From NCBI GenBank assembly GCA_049290195.1, contig JBATNE010000244.1:145-64144 (forward strand): 64,000 nt of DNA, given 5' to 3'. Made by a program: the position numbers and the translations under genes. Under the pieces are notes generated by a model that saw only the letters and a list, made by a program, of their open reading frames with translations, searched no databases and had not been told where the DNA came from. Below are positions 59,271 to 64,000 of this stretch, in pieces. The stretch's first letter is position 1. Each line of letters opens with the position of its first letter. This DNA is from Candidatus Zixiibacteriota bacterium (GTDB taxonomy: Bacteria; Zixibacteria; MSB-5A5; GN15; FEB-12).

Positions 59271-60377
59271 TTGAGACACTCACCACTTACGATCGGTAAC
59301 TTCACTGTGCCGCTGCCCATTATCCAGGGAGGAATGGGAGTCGGTATATCTCTATCAGGACTAGCTTCAGCTGTAGCTAACGAAGGTGGCATTGGCGTTA
59401 TCGCCTCCACCGGCATCGGCATGAGAGAACCGGATTTCCGCTCTAATTTTGTCGAAGCAAATATTCGCGCTCTCCGCGAAGAGATTCGCAAAGCACGTGA
59501 AAAGACCTCCGGTGTTCTCGGACTCAATGTCATGATGGCCAATACCAATCATGCCGATTTCTTCCGCACAGCAATCGAAGAAGGTATCGATATCATCTTC
59601 TCCGGAGCCGGCCTGCCGCTGAATCTGCCGGAATACCTCAAGGGTACGCTCCACACTAAACTGGTTCCGATCGTTTCTTCGGCCCGTGCCGCCAGTGTCA
59701 TCTGCAAACGATGGCTGCACCACTATGATTACCTTCCCGATGCCGTGGTAGTCGAAGGCCCCAAAGCAGGCGGACACCTTGGCTTCAGCAAAGAGCAAAT
59801 CGACAACCCGCTCTTTGCTCTCGAGAAACTGATACCTGAGGTGATCGAAACAGTTCTGGCCTATGCCTCCAAGTACGGCAAGAAAATACCGGTGATCGCA
59901 GCCGGGGGGATTTACACCGGACAGGATATCCGTAACTTCGTTGAGATGGGGGCCGATGGTGTCCAGATGGGGACGCGGTTTGTCGCCACTCACGAATGCG
60001 ATGCCGACCTTGCATTCAAGGAAGCGTATGTTGGCGCAAACCCCGAAGATATCGTGATTATCAAGAGCCCGGTCGGTATGCCCGGTCGCGCGATCCGGAA
60101 CAAGTATCTCGATGATGTCGAGTCAGGCATCAAGCAGCCGTACAGCTGTCCGTATCACTGCATTTCCACCTGTGACTATACCAACTCCCCATACTGCATT
60201 GCCCAGGCACTCATCAGCGCGCAAAAAGGAAAGCTGAAATTTGGCTTTGCTTTCGCCGGTGCGAATGCCCATCGCATCATGGAGATCATCTCAGTCAAAG
60301 AGCTGTTCGCGCAGTTGGTAGAGGGGTATGCCGTAGGCGCCGTCCCGGCCTTCAGCGCCGCCGATACCAGGACTTGA
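59271..60377 (+). CDS. NAD(P)H-dependent flavin oxidoreductase, nitronate monooxygenase/FabK-like (NPD family)
   Basis: PIIQGGMGVGIS FMN-binding start, GVIAST, VVVEGPKAGGHLG, AAGGIYTGQD and GADGVQMGTRF motifs. TTG start. Confidence 0.85.
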   Translation: MRHSPLTIGNFTVPLPIIQGGMGVGISLSGLASAVANEGGIGVIASTGIGMREPDFRSNFVEANIRALREEIRKAREKTSGVLGLNVMMANTNHADFFRTAIEEGIDIIFSGAGLPLNLPEYLKGTLHTKLVPIVSSARAASVICKRWLHHYDYLPDAVVVEGPKAGGHLGFSKEQIDNPLFALEKLIPEVIETVLAYASKYGKKIPVIAAGGIYTGQDIRNFVEMGADGVQMGTRFVATHECDADLAFKEAYVGANPEDIVIIKSPVGMPGRAIRNKYLDDVESGIKQPYSCPYHCISTCDYTNSPYCIAQALISAQKGKLKFGFAFAGANAHRIMEIISVKELFAQLVEGYAVGAVPAFSAADTRT

Positions 60378-60693
60378 CGAGCGTCCGGTCTTTATCCGCC
60401 GACGCGGCTCACCCATTGCACCAGCCTCTCCAGCAGCGGGCACGACATTCAAGGTCGTGTTAACTTGTTACTTATTAACACTATACGTAGATTTTTGCTT
60501 TACCGGCTCAGAACCTGGGTTCGGCAACCGATAACGGGGTAAAGGCCGCAGAGTGGATTAAATAGGTCCTTTCTTTGGAATCCGGGACGGCATTTGGAAC
60601 CGGGCCGAGGCTCTGGGTGTTTAATCCTTACAGCGCGGAAATTCGGGTCGGGTGGCCGATTCAGGGGGACTGAGTACAAACAAGTTGCGACAA

Positions 60694-60715
60694 TAGAATA
60701 GAAGACTATATTCTA
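60694..60715. promoter_or_regulatory. Inverted repeat TAGAATA-N8-TATTCTA upstream of the HMA gene (operator candidate)
   Basis: Perfect 7-bp arms 50-70 nt upstream of ATG 60765, overlapping a TATATT -10-like hexamer. Confidence 0.3.
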
Positions 60716-60764
60716 ACTCATTAATAGGACAAATTTACGTACACATCCCGGAAGGAGCAGATCG

Positions 60765-61418
60765 ATGAAAAAGTTTCTACTCATGGGCTTGGCTTGTCTC
60801 GCGCTTTTGGCGCTGGTAGCCGCCCCGACATTCGCCTGCGGCGAAAATGGCAAGTCCGCGTCGACCACCACCACCGATGGTAAGCTGGTCAGTGCCGATG
60901 GCAAAGCTTCGTGCGATGGCGCCAAGGCGACCTCCGCCGATGCCAAAGCTTGTGACGCCGCCAAAGGCGCCAAGATGACCTCCGCCGACGGCAAAGCCAG
61001 TTGCGCCGCTCATGGCTCTATGACCTCGGCCGATGGTGCCAAGTGCACGGCTGCCGATGGCAAGAACTGCGAAATGGTCAATATGTCGGTTTCCGGCATG
61101 ACCTGCGGTGGATGCGAATCTACCGTTCGCGCTTCTCTGGAAAAGATCCCCGGCGTGATCAAGGTCGTCAATGTTTCCTACAAGGACAAAGTCGCCCTCG
61201 TCTGCGTCGACCCGACCAAGTGCAAGAAGGACATGCTCACCACGGCTGTGACCAACAACGGTTACGAAGCCCAGATCATTCCGGCTGTCGCTACCTCCGG
61301 TACCGATGCCAAGGCTGATTGTGCCGCCAAGTGCGCCGGTATGGACAAGGCTGCCTGTGCTGCCAAGTGCGCCGCCGCCAAGGATGCCAAGGCCAAGACT
61401 CCGGAAGATTCCAAGTAA
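60765..61418 (+). CDS. Secreted heavy-metal-associated (HMA) domain protein with Cys-rich low-complexity flanks
   Basis: GGAAGGAG SD and signal peptide MKKFLLMGLACLALLALVAAPTFA. About 5 copies of an (S/T)ADGK..C-like repeat. HMA core VSGMTCGGCESTVRASLEKIPGV (MxCxxC). C-terminal CAAKC.G..K.ACAAKCAAAK. Confidence 0.8.
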   Translation: MKKFLLMGLACLALLALVAAPTFACGENGKSASTTTTDGKLVSADGKASCDGAKATSADAKACDAAKGAKMTSADGKASCAAHGSMTSADGAKCTAADGKNCEMVNMSVSGMTCGGCESTVRASLEKIPGVIKVVNVSYKDKVALVCVDPTKCKKDMLTTAVTNNGYEAQIIPAVATSGTDAKADCAAKCAGMDKAACAAKCAAAKDAKAKTPEDSK

Positions 61419-61447
61419 GCCATCTTTCTACTTTTTGTTTGAGTCAG

Positions 61448-61476
61448 AAGGCGGGACGTTCGCGTCCCGCCTTTTG
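61448..61476 (+). terminator. Rho-independent terminator after the HMA gene
   Basis: AAGGCGGGACG-TTCG-CGTCCCGCCTT followed by TTTGT. Confidence 0.8.
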
Positions 61477-61563
61477 TATACCCGGTGAGGTGGAAAAATC
61501 TGTTAGACTCAGAACAACATCTGGACTACATTGGTCGGCATCGTGATACGTCACTATAATGAT

Positions 61564-62556
61564 ATGCGCATGAGGAATTCGAAACCGGGTAGATTGGTTC
61601 AACTGGCGGTCGCCGCACTGGTCGCGCTCGCCATTTCTGCTGGTTCAGTATCAGCCGCCAAATATGCCGGCGACCCGTTCACGCTTGGTGCCGGAGCCCG
61701 TGGACTTGCCCTCGGCGGGGCAGTGGTGGCCGGACCGTTCGATGGTACTTCAGGCTACTGGAACCCGGCAGGCATGGCGCGCCTCGATGGCCGCTATGTC
61801 ACTGCTATGCACGCCGAGACATTCGGCTCTCTGCTCAATCACGATTTCCTTTCCTACATCGATGCCCGTTCCAAACCGAACAGCAAGATCCTGGCGTACG
61901 GATTCTATCTCTATTATCTGGGCGGGGGCGGTATCAAGATCACTCAGCTCAATGAATTCAACCGACCCTATGTCGTACGGGAAGAATCCCACGCCGACGT
62001 TCTCCTGGCCGGCTCAGTCGCCGGGAGGGTCTGGAACAAGATCGACTTCGGTCTGACTGCCAAAGTCATCTATCGTGACATCGGGACGGAATCCGGCATG
62101 GGACTCACGCTCGATGCCGGCGCACTCTATCGGCCCTATCAGTTTCTCGATCTCGGACTGATGATCACCGATGTCACATCCGGGTTCATTCGGTATTCGG
62201 GAAAGACCTTTGGGCAGGGTAGCCACAGCGAATCGATCTATCCCACCGTAAAACCCGGCTTCTCAGTCTTCAAGAGCTACCGCGAATTCACCGGTCGACT
62301 CTGCGCCAGTGGTGATATCAAGTTTGAGAACCTCAAGGCTGCATCGCAATACTGGATGGGTCGTATCTCGATGGATACCCATTATGGCCTTGAGATCGAT
62401 TACCGGAGTCTGGTGTTCGGCAGGGCGGGGTTCGATATCGGTCGATTCACGACCGGCGGGGGAGTCAATTTCCGCAATATCACTTTGGACTTCGCGTACC
62501 TGCACGAATCGGAACTCGATGACACCTATCGAGTGAGTGCGGGGTATCGGTTCTGA
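61564..62556 (+). CDS. PorV/PorQ-like outer-membrane beta-barrel protein
   Basis: Signal peptide, then AGDPFTLGAGARGLALGGAVVAGPFDGTSGYWNPAGMA, which matches the N-terminal signature I associate with the PorV/PorQ (UPF0164-like) family. Ends in the aromatic residue ...VSAGYRF. Confidence 0.55.
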   Translation: MRMRNSKPGRLVQLAVAALVALAISAGSVSAAKYAGDPFTLGAGARGLALGGAVVAGPFDGTSGYWNPAGMARLDGRYVTAMHAETFGSLLNHDFLSYIDARSKPNSKILAYGFYLYYLGGGGIKITQLNEFNRPYVVREESHADVLLAGSVAGRVWNKIDFGLTAKVIYRDIGTESGMGLTLDAGALYRPYQFLDLGLMITDVTSGFIRYSGKTFGQGSHSESIYPTVKPGFSVFKSYREFTGRLCASGDIKFENLKAASQYWMGRISMDTHYGLEIDYRSLVFGRAGFDIGRFTTGGGVNFRNITLDFAYLHESELDDTYRVSAGYRF

Positions 62557-62558
62557 CG

Positions 62559-62813
62559 ATGGACGGTGTCACGCTCCTCGGGTTGGCGGCCGGCACGCTG
62601 ACGACCATTTCATTTTTCCCCCAGCTGGTCAAAACCTGGAAATCACGATCGACGAAGGACATTTCGCTCGGAATGTATATATCGTTTTGCAGCGGGATAT
62701 TCTTGTGGCTGGTCTATGGGCTCTTGATTGACTCGGTTCCGGTCATCGCAGCAAATGCCGTGACACTAGTGATAGCGTGTCTGATTCTGTTTCTTAAGCT
62801 TAAACACGACTAA
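62559..62813 (+). CDS. SemiSWEET (PQ-loop) transporter
   Basis: 84 aa, 3 TM helices, PQ motif FFPQLVKTWKSRSTKDIS. Confidence 0.85.
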   Translation: MDGVTLLGLAAGTLTTISFFPQLVKTWKSRSTKDISLGMYISFCSGIFLWLVYGLLIDSVPVIAANAVTLVIACLILFLKLKHD

Positions 62814-62815
62814 CT

Positions 62816-63472
62816 TTAGCGACCGCCGGTCAGCGCCAGCGCCTGGGCCCTGCCTTCCGGCCAGGTAGTCTCCACGACGAACATTCCTCTGACATCGCCG
62901 GCACTATACCCTGTGGCCAGATCGTGCGGGTATTGCGTGGAAATGGCGGCCACTACCGTGCTATCCATCTTGTTCTTGTCGCCATGGCAGCGGAGGCAGA
63001 AGTCCTGGGTCACGATCGGCTCATAGAAGTGATACATCTTGACCCCGTCCTTTTCAGTCCAGAAGTCCTTGAAGATCGGCCGGTTCTTCTTTGTGGCACT
63101 GAACTCCGCCAGCATCGCCTTTTCCAGGCTATCCGGGGCGTTGTCCTCGTTTCGGTTCCGATCGCTCACCCGCTTGATGATCCAGCCGCCTGTGGACTGA
63201 CTGGCCGTGATCTCCGGAGCCTTCGACCCGCAGACGTTGATGGCGTTGACCGTCCCTTTCTTCATGGCAGCTGAAAGCTGGGTCTTGAGCGTCCGGGCAA
63301 ACGACATGACCATCGTCTTCGAAGCATCCCGGCACAGCTTTGTATCCGGATCGGAGGTCTCGGCAGGCGGTTTGGGACGGTTGGACCCCTTGGTGCGGTT
63401 CGATTTGGAGAGGGCCGAAGTTGTTAGCATGACCCCCACTAGCAGGGCCAGGATACATATGGTAAAGCGCAT
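62816..63472 (-). CDS. DUF3365 (Tll0287-like) c-type haem-binding periplasmic protein
   Basis: Signal peptide, CLRCHG (CxxCH) haem motif, and family-typical RVSDRNRNEDNAPD and YPHDLATGYSAGDVRGMFVV segments. Confidence 0.75.
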   Translation of the reverse strand: MRFTICILALLVGVMLTTSALSKSNRTKGSNRPKPPAETSDPDTKLCRDASKTMVMSFARTLKTQLSAAMKKGTVNAINVCGSKAPEITASQSTGGWIIKRVSDRNRNEDNAPDSLEKAMLAEFSATKKNRPIFKDFWTEKDGVKMYHFYEPIVTQDFCLRCHGDKNKMDSTVVAAISTQYPHDLATGYSAGDVRGMFVVETTWPEGRAQALALTGGR

Positions 63473-63687
63473 CTATTCCTCCTGAGCGTACAGGATTATA
63501 CGGAATCACGCCCCGAACCGCCAACTTTGATCACCCCGGATCGATTAAAATCTGGCCAAGTACGCCAAAGTATGGAACTATCCGACTGGATGAGTTGAAG
63601 TTATCCACATGACAAAAAAGGAAAATCGGGTTGACATTCGATCATCGGCCAGTATATTGGCACGACAAAAATGTCGCTAACCGGGAC

Positions 63688-63960
63688 ATGATGCCCTCTT
63701 TTTCGAATCCGCCGGAAAAACCTGGTGGGAAAAAGGATCGTTCCTACGCGCAGATCGCCCTCTTGGGCACTGTGCCCGCGATACTGGTGGCCGCACCATT
63801 AATAGGATATTTCGCGGGCAACTGGGCGGATAACAAGTTTGGAACCACACCTTATCTAATGATCGCAGGGGTTGTTCTGGGGTTTAGTGCGGCAGGGCGA
63901 GAGATATACCGGCTGGTGAAAAAGTCGGAAGAGCTGGAAGAAGAAAAAGACTCGAAGTAA
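63688..63960 (+). CDS. atpZ: AtpZ/AtpI family small membrane protein (start of an F-type ATPase operon)
   Basis: Two TM helices with YAQIALLGTVPAILVAAPLIGYFAGNWADNKFGTTPYLMIAGVVLGFSAAGREIYRLV. The ORF is open from 63631 (TTG). Confidence 0.7.
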   Translation: MMPSFSNPPEKPGGKKDRSYAQIALLGTVPAILVAAPLIGYFAGNWADNKFGTTPYLMIAGVVLGFSAAGREIYRLVKKSEELEEEKDSK

Positions 63961-63962
63961 CT

Positions 63963-64000
63963 ATGGGTTTGGAATTTATTGGACGCACTGTCCGCACATT
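63963..64000 (+). CDS. 5' end of next ORF (MGLEFIGRTVRT...), possibly ATP synthase subunit I; truncated by window
   Basis: The ATG lies 3 nt after the atpZ stop. Only 12 codons are visible, so the identity is guessed from operon context. Confidence 0.25.
   Translation, partial: MGLEFIGRTVRT

Noticed and set aside
58737-59286. Minus-strand ORFs of 92 aa (58737-59015) and 72 aa (59068-59286), and the plus-strand 62-aa ORF (58883-59071)
   Set aside because: No SD and an unconvincing composition (Ser/Asn/Cys/Gln-rich). The region is better explained as non-coding, or as the mini-ORF transcript described in the findings.

Overview
This 64-kb window is densely coding, with GC in the mid-50s % by eye. 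I call about 55 protein genes, one tRNA-Asn(GTT), and several intrinsic terminators. I saw no rRNA, CRISPR array, transposase, integrase or phage genes. All calls come from reading the ORF translations and the DNA; no database searches were run.

Housekeeping content: cydAB, carAB, hprK, two SurA/parvulin-type PPIases, an S4-domain protein, the sixA-ppk1-ppx-CHAD polyphosphate operon, and the start of an ATP synthase operon (atpZ).

Accessory content:
- a T9SS-type cargo protein and a PorV/PorQ-like barrel
- a TonB-dependent receptor followed by a 1137-aa secreted protein made of two tandem ~500-aa paralogous modules plus a Cys-flanked dockerin-like C-terminus
- an imuA-imuB-dnaE2 SOS mutagenesis cassette converging on an SRAP (yedK-like) gene, preceded by a TGCAC-N4-GTGCA palindrome
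- a visibly GC-richer MFS/LysR/ADH block bordered by an unclassified ~115-bp repeat
- a GH1 / GT21-like / metallophosphoesterase trio
- a secreted Cys-rich HMA protein

The T9SS C-terminal domain, the PorV-like gene, the dockerin-like tail and the Fibrobacter-like SOS box suggest an uncultivated FCB-superphylum bacterium. This is inference.

The most interesting locus is 55.6-58.7 kb. Two radical SAM/SPASM enzymes bracket a 29-codon ORF that is too short for the ORF track. The ORF has a 12-nt near-perfect Shine-Dalgarno, a GTG start overlapping the upstream stop, a CPC motif, and a strong hairpin right after it. A lone prepilin-type protein follows. I read this as a candidate uncharacterised RiPP or peptide-derived-product system.
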